Position numbers and translations under genes: made by a program
Source of the DNA: Podarcis liolepis
Lineage: Eukaryota
NCBI GenBank assembly: GCA_965112155.1
Contig: OZ218107.1
Direction: 5' to 3' (one strand)
Length of the DNA: 64,000 bases
The notes under the pieces: model-generated
What the model was told of the DNA's origin: nothing
Database searches by the model: none
What the model saw: only the letters and a program-made list of their open reading frames with translations
Shown here: piece by piece, positions 51,177 to 62,988 of the stretch
Layout: each line of letters starts with the position of its first letter
How positions within the stretch are numbered: position 1 is the stretch's first letter

Positions 51177-51513
51177 AAGAACATAAGATCAGGTCAATGG
51201 TCCATCTAGTTTAGCATCCTGTTCTCACAATGGTCAACCAGAATCTTATGGGAAGCCTGAAGGCAGCACCTGAGCAGAGTAGCACTCAACCCTACTCTAA
51301 TTTTTCACTTCCCAGTCTACTTGAGTTTTTCCACCTTCCTGCCTCGCACTACATTGTGTGGAAGTGGGAAATGGACAACACAGTAAGGCCTTGTCTTTCA
51401 GTTCTATACATTAAGATAGAGGGGAGGGGTACAATAAAGTGTTGCCCTTCTTCAATGGCAGCCTCGTTTTCATCATCCTAGATACTAATGGAGAACTTTT
51501 TTCTCCAAGCAGG

Positions 51514-52008
51514 TGTCAGGCTTCAGGAAATCAGCTTCCTCCCCCGTAGCTGTAAATGAGCAGATCAAAAGAAAGGGTATTCTTACCAGTTAGTTTCTTT
51601 CGTAAACACAGCGAAGAACAAAAGAAAGCATCTACCCAGAATGGTGGTGCTCCCAGTTAAGACTTACACCCCCTCCGTCCCTATTAATCCACGTCACTCC
51701 TGCGTCTTGTCATCTGAGCTTGTTCTTTGTTCTGACACTTTCTGAGCTCTCCGAGACTTTGGGGATACTCTCCAGAGTACTCTCCAGAGACTGTGAATCT
51801 GTTAACTCTCTCTCTCTTCTAGTGTTTCTTCTGCTAGTGTTTCTTCTCCAGTATTTCCCAGCTTCTGCCTTCTGAACTATGCCCCTCTGCAAACCACTGT
51901 TCCAAATCTATACTGTCCTCTTGTTCCTGGGAAGATTCAGGATCAGGAGGAAGGGGTGGCTCCCAACATTCCTCCTCAGTGCAGCCCTTCTCAGCACAGT
52001 CCCTGACA
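51514..52008 (-). mobile_element. Solo LTR family L-A, 495 bp
   Basis: TGTCAGG...CCTGACA ends, perfect 5-bp TSD gcagg; homologous to 25478-26204. Confidence 0.9.
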
Positions 52009-53517
52009 GCAGGGGTGGTGCGTTCAGTTTTGCCTCCTGAGGCAAAACAGGAAGGTGCTGCCACGCCCTGCCTTATGGAGTGCACAATATCTTACAAGGT
52101 TTCTGCGAGATCTCACAGTATCTCGCTGGAAGCCACTGCCGCTGCTGATAGTGTGGGGTGCCTGTGGAGGCACCGCCTCTTGGGCTTCTGCTGCCCAAAG
52201 TGGCCCACCTCATGGATGAACCGGCCCTGTCTCCAAGTTTGACTCATTATGTAGCCAAAGCAGCAGCAGCACCCCAAAAGGAGGTATCAGCAGGTATGGG
52301 GGAACCCTGCAATTTGCAGAAATGTGAATGGTCTGTAGGAAAAATCCCTAAGTGAGGAACACCCTCCCCCCCCCAAAAAAAAAATAGTCCAGGGAGGACT
52401 GAGTATGCTCACTGGCCATGAAAGGGTGATTATCTGTGGGGTTGGCAGATAAAGGGAGAGAATGGAATGGAGGAACCTGTAAGAAATAATGGCTGGCTGG
52501 CTGGCTGGGACTCTCCACAGGATCACTGCATACAGTTGTCCCAATTGATCTGCATCCTTGAAATCTCAAGAGGGTCATGTATTAGTGGTTATGTTGCTGG
52601 CTTCCTCACATGAAGAAAGGCTGCAGGTCTAGACTTTTCACTGCAAGAATAAATCTACAAATAATTTCTGTTGTCAATAAAACAAACTAAACCAATTAGA
52701 CTTCCCCTCCCTGCACGTGCCTTCTTTCTCTTTTGCAATAGGAGCCTCGGGATAGCCAACTGAAATAACTTGTTTTTATCCGCTGCATTTTTGTTTATAA
52801 AGCCTAAATTTATTCTGTACATGAACATGACACAATTTAGTTATATCTTCAGGCACGAGGCTGGCAATCTGGATATTTTTATTTTTATTTACCTTTGATG
52901 TAAATATAAATAAAAAAAGGGGCAGACTTAAGTGCAGATGCTCCCATGCTTTGAGGATTCGGCTGAGGTGGCACTGCAATAGCATGGTGGGCCTGCAGTG
53001 TAAACTCCTCATCTCCAACACAACATGACCCAAAGGGAATCAGGGCCACCAAATGAGCTGGTCTGCATGATGGTCTCTCCAGAGGAAGATCACACAAACT
53101 AGACCTTCATGTAACTTGGCCGTCATATGTTGGCTACATAGGGATGTACTAGCCTAAGTCCATGTTGTGTCAGTTTCACCAACACTTGCAGCTCTCTGTG
53201 TGTAAGCACTCAGTCCTAGGTCAATTCCATCCCATTTTGTTTCACAGACATTCCAAAAAAAAAAAAAAGCACACCAAAAACCTGCATGTAAATTGTATGC
53301 ATTTGGTATGTCCTTCTCCCATGAATACCCATTGGCCAATGCTCTTCCGTGCGTTTCCCTTTAAAATGAAACTTTTGAATGTATCTTTTATGTAAAATTC
53401 TTTCTGCACACAGTTTGAGACCCAAACCATGCCACAGAATCCAGAGAAGTGCATAATTTGACTAATCCACCAAACGTTCTGATCCAACAACATGTTCAGG
53501 GATGTCAATTCAGGTTG

Positions 53518-53654
53518 CAGACCCTCCTAGTGTCCCTATTTTTCAGCGACAGTTCCAGATTTACAGAAGCCGTCGTAGTTTCTGATTTGATCCCTGAATG
53601 TCCAGCTTTTCCTTATGACGTCCCTATTTTCATTGGAGAAATGTTGGAGGGTAT
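53518..53654 (+). mobile_element. MITE family C, simple form
   Basis: CAGACCCTCC...GGAGGGTAT; flanks caggttg/taggttg. Confidence 0.78.
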
Positions 53655-55373
53655 TAGGTTGGTACACTGTAAAGCCCAGCTGGAATATAGGATCAGTTCG
53701 CCCTGGACGTCCTGTCTGAGGACGAGAAAAAGGGCTAGTACTGCTATTCTGCTAAATTATTGCAGCACCATCATAGCTGAACTGAGACTGTTCCCGCTTC
53801 TCTTAAAACCTTATGAGCAATTCTGAAGGCTCTCTTGTAGCAATTAGGTATGAACAGAAAAATAAGATACAATAGTCTCCACGGGGTAGCTTATTTGCCA
53901 ATGGAATCTTGCCAGTATTTGCTGTAATCACTCATAAGCCATAATAAGGCTTTGTTCATTTATATTTATTTATTTAAAAAAACAACTATGTAGATTCCAC
54001 TGTATCATAAAAAATATATCACAGCAAGTTACAACAATATGAACACACCGAATTAATAATGCTTGCTGTATGCAACAAAAGCCTCTTCCATTTATTGCAA
54101 ATAAATGAGTCGTATTCATTTATTACAAATAAATGAAGAGATTTGTTAAAATTATACCTTTCTACTCAATACTATGTGTTTCCCTTCCAACTGCAATTCT
54201 ATGATTCTATGAATCTGATAGGCAAAAATGATGTGATTGTCTTAGTGTGAGTAAACAAAATGCCCAAGGAGTGCTATGGAGGAACATTTATTTCTTGTCT
54301 TCAAAGTCTGTACTGCAGTCTTAAATGGTACAGCTCAACAACAGGTTTCCTACACCAGTGAGAGTCAAGTTGTTCTCTTTCCTATGCAGTTTATAATGAA
54401 TTATCCAAGTAATATAGATCATTTTTTTGCCCTTCCAACTTATTTGGAAAAAAACCTCCACCGTACCATGCCAGTTTTAATTTTTTGCAAAAGTACTTGC
54501 CCAACAGAAGGCTGGTTGGTTAGTCATACCTTTTTGCACGCTTATATAATTTTATGTTCTGTTACATACACTTTTGTACAAGTAGACTAATGATGGCCTG
54601 GTATACTACCAGCTAGACACGAGAAGCTAATCCTGTGCATTTAGGATCTAGCCCCATGGAGAAATGTCTTCAGTTGGTAGTTTCTAATACTGTATTAAAA
54701 GCTTTCCCTAAAGTTAAGTATCCCTTTGATGATCAGGAATACATTCTAAAGCAGCATTATCACTTCTTTAACAGCACAGGGAAACCAATAATGGCAGCCA
54801 AATCCTATAATAAAATGCCCTGAATTATCCTTAATCTCTCTCTCTCTCGAAACAAACTGGCAAAATCTAATTTTATGGTGTATTTGGTCAACCTGCATGG
54901 TTTATCAAAGCAGGTAATCACACTATCCATCATGGCTGAATAATAACAACAACAATTTAAAAGAAAAACAAGCCGGCTGATTATATGGCCATTAGTAGAA
55001 TTCCCATTCACGTTACGTCTAATCAAATCTCACACTTCAAAGATAGAAAGAGATTGCTGTGGGGTTGGGGAAAAAATATCTCCACACCTGCTTCCTTTAG
55101 CTATAGACACTATAATAACCACAGTTGACTCCTCAATGTGATGGTCTGGCAATGTTATTTATTGTGACAAATTCAATATTACAGCACACTTTCAATTGAT
55201 TTTTATGTTTCTTCTCCACTTGCTCTTGGTTATGATAATTTCTTGCTTTAGTCTCTTACTAACCCTCTCCTTTCAATCTTATCTCTCTCAAATTTAAGAA
55301 CGAACAAAACAATCTTTCTTTTTCCTGTTCACCCCATTCTGAAAATTGTGTCCTCCATCACAGAGAGCCACGT

Positions 55374-55900
55374 GTTGCGGTGAGATAACCTAAACTGCCT
55401 CTTTGTTGCTGGGGCGGGCCAGTTTGGATGGCCTCTGCACCCCATTGGTTGCCCCTCTGTTGCTGGGGTAGAAAATTTGGCTCTTTGGGCTTTGATTGGT
55501 ACAGAGGGGCTATTTAAAGGACTGCACGATGCGAGGAGCTTTCTCTTCTGCATCTTGCAGCGGATCTCCCACCCTCCCTCCCTCCCTTTATTTTAGGGCA
55601 GTATTTTTGACCTTGCTATGCCTGTTTAGGGGTCGTCTGCTTTTGGAGTGGGGGCTGGTAGGAATTCTGCCATTGGCTGATTGGCTGGTGCCATTTGGTT
55701 TTTGCCTTCCGTGTAGCAAATCATCACAACTTTATAAGGCATTGGTTCATTGTTAGGTGGAGGGGATGTGGTTGGCTGTGCCTGCCCCTCATTTTGCTGC
55801 TGCTGCTGCTAGGGAATTCCGTTAAAGGAACTCAGGGGCTCGATTTGCTCTGTCTGATCCCCTATCGGGGTAAAATAAACTAAACATGCCTGAGTCCCTG
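55374..55900 (+). mobile_element. Possible LTR- or DIRS-like terminal repeat relic
   Basis: GC box, ATTGG boxes, TATTTAAA and a later AATAAA in a GC-richer block; no TSD found. Confidence 0.35.
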
Positions 55901-56024
55901 GGAACATCTGGGGTGAACTAAGAGATGGAAATCCACTTCTGTGTTTCCCCAGTATGTTTTCCCTTACTGACTTCTGGTGGAGCCCAGTTGTCAGTCCTGT
56001 CCCTGCCTGAGTGCAGGTTCAGGT

Positions 56025-56560
56025 TCAGGTAAAGGGACCCCTGACTGTTAAGTCCAGTCGTGGATGACTCTGGGGTTGCGGTGCTCATCTCTCTTTACTG
56101 GCCAAGAGAGCCGGCATTTGTCCGCAGACAGCTTCCGGGTCATGTGGCCAGCACATAGCTGTCAACTTTCAGATTTGAAAATAAGGGATCAGCAGCCTTG
56201 AAAATAAGGGACCAGCAGCCTCACCTGTCCCGGGGGCAGTCTACGGGATACCTAACAATCCGGGATAGCAGTGGGAACTGGCGCTGGAATAAGGGAATTT
56301 CCCACAAAAAAGGGGAAGGTTGACAGCTATGGGCCAGCATGACTAAGCTGCTTCTGGCGAACCAGAGAGGCTGTTTACCTTCCCGCCAAAGTGGTACCTA
56401 TTTATCTACTTGCACTTTGACGTGCTTTCATACTGCTAGGTTGGCAGGAGCAGGGACCGAGCAACGGGAGCTCACCCCATCACAGGGATTCGAACTGCTG
56501 ACCTTCTGATCCGCAAGCCCTAGGCTTTGTGGTTTAGACCACAACGCCACCCATGTCCCT
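56025..56560 (-). mobile_element. Sauria SINE interrupted by a MITE
   Basis: 14-bp TSD gtgcaggttcaggt; body resumes in register after the insertion. Confidence 0.93.
56154..56331. mobile_element. hAT-type MITE family D, 178 bp
   Basis: 13-bp perfect TIR CATAGCTGTCAAC, perfect 8-bp TSD ggccagca, internal 23-bp tandem repeat. Confidence 0.92.
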
Positions 56561-57478
56561 GTGCAGGTTCAGGTAGTCTGAGCCAATTGCCTAAGCAACC
56601 ACTCACATGCTGCAATCAATAGAGTTGTGGCTAAATTAATGCCAAAAACCTTAAACTAATATTTTGTGTCCATTGTGCTTTATTTTTGGGGGTGGTTTTA
56701 GGGGGTCTTCACACGCAACTGTTCCTCCCTGTTCTTTATTTAACTGCTCAAATAAAGTAGTCTTCAACACAAGGTATGAATAATCCACTCTGAGCAGGGC
56801 TACCCTTGTCTGATGCCCCCCCAACAGCTGATTAGGCAATGTCTCAGCAGTATTGCAACTGGGCCTTTTGTGTGATGGCACCCACTCCTTCCTAGTACAT
56901 ATCAGACAGGTGCTGCTTCTATAGTCTTTTCAGTGCCTGTTGATGACCTTCCTTTATCAACCAACCTTTTAAGTGGCTGTCTTTATCACAGTCTGTTTTG
57001 AACTTGCTTTTGCATATGAAATTGTTTTTATAGGGAGATTTTTAAAAATCATTTGCATATTTGACATTGTTTTCCTGCATTAAACCTTTTGTTTTTGCAC
57101 GTGGAATTGTTTTTAATTGTTGATGGTTTTTACTGCAAAATCACTTAAAGGGGAAGCAGGTCATAAATGGAATGAAATAAAGAGCAGCTATGTTAGCAAA
57201 ATGACAAAGAGTTGTGGGGCTTTGGAGGCTAGTTGATATACTGAGCGTTGGACGGCCACAACCCGCCATGCCCAGGTTTTGTGAACATGTTCCCAGATGA
57301 AAGGCACTATTCGCAGTCACTCAATAGCTGTCATTCTGCCCAAACGAACCTTCGGAGACTGTGTGATTGGAGGAAAGAGACTCGAAAATATCTGTCAGGG
57401 CGAGCTGTTCAGTGCACCTTTCTTATTGCAGAATGGGAGTTGCCGATGAAGAAACAGACATTCCCTTTTAAAGTGCAG

Positions 57479-57607
57479 NNNNNNNNNNNNNNNNNNNNNN
57501 NNNNNNNNNNNNNNNNNNNNNNNNNNNNNNNNNNNNNNNNNNNNNNNNNNNNNNNNNNNNNNNNNNNNNNNNNNNNNNNNNNNNNNNNNNNNNNNNNNNN
57601 NNNNNNN
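57479..57607. other. N-run (129 bp)
   Basis: Directly visible. Confidence 0.99.
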
Positions 57608-58003
57608 GGCTTCATTGCAATTTGGGCTCTATGACAACATAATTGGAAATCCATCTGTTGAGCTCAGTGGTGAAACACTCATTGATGAGAATGGGGTCAG
57701 GATTCACACTTAGGGGATAATGAAGGAAGGAGTCATTGCAAGGGTGTTACATTGCAAAAGGAAAAGGAAGAGGGAAAGGATTTGGCTGATGAGATAATCA
57801 AGTATAAGTGGGTGAAGGAAAAGCCTACAGGCTTCCTCAGCCCAAATACGTATTATTGTAAAGAAGGAATGAAAGGGAAAAGTAAAAGAGAGAGAGAATG
57901 TGTGTGTGTGTGCAATGGATAGAGAACCCCATACAGCTATCAAGAGACCCTCTCATTTTTCTCTCCAGTGAGATATCCATTGCAGAGTACCATTTTCAGC
58001 ATT

Positions 58004-58357
58004 AAAAAGGTAAAGGACCCCTGACAGTTAAGTCCAGTCGCAGACAATTCTGGGGTTGCGACACTTATTTTCCTTTACAGGCCAAGGGAGCCAGCGTTTG
58101 ACCGCAGACAGGTTTTCTGGGTCATGTGGCTAGCATGACTAAGCTACTTCTGGCGCAACGGAACACCAAAACCAGAGCAGTGTACGGAAGTGCCGTTTAC
58201 CGTTCCACTGGAGTGGTACCTATTTATCTACTTGCATTTTTTTGGCGTGCTTTTGAACTGCTAGGTTGGCAGGAGCAGGGACCGAGCAACGGGAGCTCAC
58301 CCCATCACGGGGATTCAAACCACCGACCTTCTGATCGGCAAGCCCAAGAGGCTCAGT
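58004..58357 (-). mobile_element. Sauria SINE, slightly 5'-truncated
   Basis: Canonical body and tail. Confidence 0.92.
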
Positions 58358-58832
58358 AGCGAGACCTTGATATGTTGTACTGGGGCAAGGGTTGTGCATG
58401 CTGACCACACAGCTATCAAGGACCTTTGAAATGAGAACTTCACAAAAACTTTGTGGGAAAACATTACTAAAAGGCAACGAGTATTTCACACGGCGATTCA
58501 TTGGCCTTGACTTTGGGACGTCGATGTGGCATCATCTAACAGATGTGACATCATCTAACTGATGCCAATCAGTATGCAAATGCTTGAAGGCCTTCCTCAT
58601 TCATGCCTATTGACTCAAGCTTTCCCTGCAACATGACCAGCCACATGTCTCGAGTTTTCTGTTGTGCTGAATACTTGAATAGTTTCTAGTTTCATTTGAT
58701 GGACCTTGACCATGATACTGGGGGAGACTCCCACTCCCCAAGTTTTTTTCTCTATACCATTTCCCCCATTGACACACTCTCTTCCTCTGCTGCCCTATGG
58801 GGAAAACATGCAGGTACTCATAGGGTTCCTAC

Positions 58833-59341
58833 TGTGGCAATCACACAGGGTCCCCGGATGTTTCACTGTCTATAATCCCTGTGCCACCACTTTATTTCTC
58901 GCTGACACCACCCAGGCCCTACCTGGTACAATACTGAGTCCAGTCAGGGTTAAATTGGAACATAAACTTTTGTTTATTTATTGCAGTTTAACAAGCGTGT
59001 GGTTTCATAAACGGTATTGGTCAATTACAATCATGGGGTGCCTATCCAGACCTAAACGTCTGCTACCTGCTCTCACTCACTAAACCACCTCTCAGATATT
59101 TACTTGTCTTCCCAGCTCCTAACTGTTCCTGACTCAGCTTATTTCGCTACACTAACTCAACCTACCCACAGACTCTATCCCAATTCACTCCCCCTCCAAC
59201 CAACCACCCAACTCCCAACGAACTCCCCTTTCGTCCCTCCCAGAGCGGGTTTTATAGTCCCTCTGACTCCACCCCCTGCGTTCTGATTGGGTAACTTGTT
59301 TAACTATTTCACCTCCAGCACTCTCATATGTTAACGTCACA
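58833..59341 (-). mobile_element. Solo LTR family L-D, 509 bp
   Basis: TGTG...CACA ends, perfect 5-bp TSD cctac; minus strand has CCAAT, TATAAAA and AATAAA in order. Confidence 0.88.
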
Positions 59342-59916
59342 CCTACATTGCACCCAGTCGCAGCCACCCCAAAAGCATACTGCTTACTGACTTGTACTGC
59401 CTTAGGGCTGCAAACCTGGGCTCACTTAACCAGGATGTAACCTTCTTTCATTTAGATTAGTAATTGTATGTAGGCTTCCACTATTAACAATGTATCTGCT
59501 TGAAGTCATCAGACTCTAGTCATCTTTTACATAGCTTTTTCATTTATTTTCAAGTGGCCCACAATGTGCCTGAGATTTCAAGTGCTAGATATATATTTTA
59601 AAGGACACCAAATAATGTCAGTCCCAGAACGATGCCAGCTCCCCAATGAAATCACTTGACTGGAACCACAGCAAATAAGTGAATTTATATCTGTCACCAA
59701 ATGACTCGTTGAAAAATTAAATCCTCCCATCCTGATCACCCGGACAGATTTGCTTTCTCCTTCTCCTTTTTGGTCCAGGGCAGGGAGATTCCGGAATGAC
59801 ATCGTAGGCAGAAATGTAGCCTTGAAAGTTTGGCGAAATGCAATTAAAAACACACATAATTACTAGCGAAGTCACTTAGCAAGAGAATGCGCACTGGCTC
59901 TGCTTTGGGAGCCCGT

Positions 59917-60900
59917 NNNNNNNNNNNNNNNNNNNNNNNNNNNNNNNNNNNNNNNNNNNNNNNNNNNNNNNNNNNNNNNNNNNNNNNNNNNNNNNNNNNN
60001 NNNNNNNNNNNNNNNNNNNNNNNNNNNNNNNNNNNNNNNNNNNNNNNNNNNNNNNNNNNNNNNNNNNNNNNNNNNNNNNNNNNNNNNNNNNNNNNNNNNN
60101 NNNNNNNNNNNNNNNNNNNNNNNNNNNNNNNNNNNNNNNNNNNNNNNNNNNNNNNNNNNNNNNNNNNNNNNNNNNNNNNNNNNNNNNNNNNNNNNNNNNN
60201 NNNNNNNNNNNNNNNNNNNNNNNNNNNNNNNNNNNNNNNNNNNNNNNNAGGGCAGTCATAATTTAAATGACAGCAGGAAGTAATTTTGCTGGATATAAGT
60301 CAAATTTCCAGAATTTCATGTTCTACATTATTAATTCTAAAATATCTTTTTATTAAAAGGGAGGAGGTGAAGGAAAAGAAGACAAAACCGTGTGTTGATT
60401 CCTTAAAAAAAAAGGAGACCCTTTTGTTCAAAGTTTCCTTACGCTGAAATAATTTTACATAACTATTCTGGCCTTTTCTTTGCAAAAAATTAAGTCTCCT
60501 TCCTCACTGCGAATTAGAATGAACTGGGTAATGTGTCCCTTAAAGATTTCCTTGTGTTTTCCTGTATTTAATGCCTCCAGGTTCCTTCCCGATAATGAAA
60601 TTGGTTCTCTAAATTTGCTCTGAAAAGCAAATAGATGATAATTTTTTTATGCGGGAAATTCTGGGAGGAAAATAAATTGAGGCACTAAGAATAGAGTAAA
60701 TGGCNNNNNNNNNNNNNNNNNNNNNNNNNNNNNNNNNNNNNNNNNNNNNNNNNNNNNNNNNNNNNNNNNNNNNNNNNNNNNNNNNNNNNNNNNNNNNNNN
60801 NNNNNNNNNNNNNNNNNNNNNNNNNNNNNNNNNNNNNNNNNNNNNNNNNNNNNNNNNNNNNNNNNNNNNNNNNNNNNNNNNNNNNNNNNNNNNNNNNNNN
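59917..60900. other. Two N-runs (59917-60248, 60705-60900)
   Basis: Directly visible. Confidence 0.99.
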
Positions 60901-62478
60901 AGAAAAGGAGAGCCCTCCTTCGCTTAACTCAACTGTCCTACAAAATGGTGCTAATTTCTCCCCCCCCCCACCTTCTGTTTCCAAAAGCAACAAGTTCATA
61001 TTTTAAAACACACCAGGGTATTGCCTCTGCATTTATCCTGTGGAGACCCTGTCTGACTAGCCTTAAGGGAAGAGGATTTTTTTAAAAAATATATACAAAA
61101 ATAACACAAAAACCCAAACCTATTTTGGCTGAGAAGCCAGCTACAGTAAGAGGAGGAGCACCTAAGAGACTCCTTTGAATTAAAAGGACAGACTTAAGCT
61201 GTTTGCATTAACATTCCTCTATTGTAGCCTTCCAAGGGAAACCAAAGCAGAGATATATTTATTGTGACACTGTGAATGACAGTGGTTTAAATTATTCCTT
61301 ATTGTTTATTTCAAAGTGAGGTTAGGGAAAGGTTGAGGGCTTTTTATTTCTCCCTTTCTTTCTTTTTTGGCAGAAGGTTTTCTAAAAATATTATCGATAG
61401 GCTTCATTTGTGTCCTAGCCTGCTTTTTTAAAAAATTGAAACGGCATGTTTTAAATGCGTGCCAAGGACAACAACAATATTTGGGAGGAGGGGGGAGAAA
61501 GGGTATAAGGGGCTTGCAATTAAAGGCACACTGAATTGCGTGCTTCAGTTGAGACTATTTGAAAGTGGGGGGGGGGGAGACATATTACAATCTTACGTTT
61601 AAGTAATTCCTTAAGTACATAACCAGTGTACACTGGGAAAATGGTCTCTGGGAAAAGAATACAGACGCTAAAAGGAGACTACTGTATGGTACTATAACAT
61701 GTGATTTCTAATCAGTTCCATATTTTCTACCGAAGCTTTCACTGCTAATCACAAAATTTCATTTATGGGGGGGGGGGGGAATGTTTTCAACAGAAAGAAA
61801 AGGGTGACCTCTGAAAGTCACCAGTTCGGTAATAAACTTTACAAATCAGAGCTCACCGTAATGAAGTATATTAAATCCATTTCATCTTTGCCTGACTAAA
61901 TGGAAATGTGATTTATTTGGATCAACAAATGTTAAATACGCCCGGATTATAAAGGACATTTATTGCTGCATTGTGTTAACTCTTCATTTATTCAGGTAAA
62001 AACTCTCCATTTATTTATTTATTTTAAAGTAGGTGCTTGAAGCGGGAGTACTTGTAGAAAGCACACTTATTGATGAATAAATTGTTTCTGAGAATTATAG
62101 CCTGCCTTTCTTCCATCATGGCATGTGTACATGGAACCCATGTGCTCACCCATCTGGGAACTGACCAAACCCAGACCTGCAAGGTGAGATGGCCTCATTT
62201 GCCTTCAAGAAAATACCCTTCATAAAAGGTGTTAAGGAAAACAATGCACCAAGACTGTGATACAGCAGTGGAAGTTAGTGTATAAATGTCTGTAGCTTAT
62301 CGCTTTTCCAATTCTACCTTCTTTGCTTCCCTTCACCAAAAATTTCCTAGATGAATCCAGATGAAGATGTCTCTGAGAAGCTTATTGGTACAAGACCCTT
62401 GTTGGTTGTCCCCAGAATCTAGAATCAAAAGGATGCTGCGGCTTCTGAATGCACAATTTCCATTTTTAGTGTCTCTTT

Positions 62479-62988
62479 GACCACTTACCATGGTTCATGG
62501 ATCTTACGTTCCAGGTTCCTATGCAATATTTTTCTTTACAGCATTGGACTTTCCTTTCACTTCAAGGCACATCCGCAACTGAGCGACCTTTTGGCTTTGG
62601 CCAAACCGCTTCATCAGCTCTGAATCTACTTGTATTTGTTGTCCACTCTTCCTCAGTAGTATGTTGGACACCTTCCGACCTGAGGGGCTCATCTTCCAGC
62701 GTCATAACTTTTATATGCCTGTTGTTTTTTTCCATGGAGTTTTCTTGGCAGGGATACTGGAGTGGCTTGCCGGTTCCTGCTCCAGGTGGATCACGTTTAG
62801 TCAAAACTATCCACTATGACCTGTCCATCTTGGGTGGCCCTGCATGGCATAGCTCATAGCTTCTCTGAGTTATTCAAGCCCCTTCGCCACGACAAGGCAG
62901 TGATCCATGAAGACAGGAGTGCCTGACGTGCTCTGGTTCATGGGGTCACAAAGAGTAGGACACAACTAAACGACTAAACAACAACAAC
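62479..62988. mobile_element. Bov-B insertion with inverted 5' segment (62479 to about 62910, minus) joined to the 3' end (about 62909-62988, plus)
   Basis: Minus part reads Bov-B 5' UTR into ...CCKEKYCIGTWNVRSMN (start of the endonuclease domain); plus part is the terminal ~80 nt with (AAC)n; 10-bp TSD gtgtctcttt. Confidence 0.9.

Noticed and set aside
58522-58563. Short tandem duplications (also near 41768 and 50428)
   Set aside because: Ordinary slippage duplications of 12-19 bp
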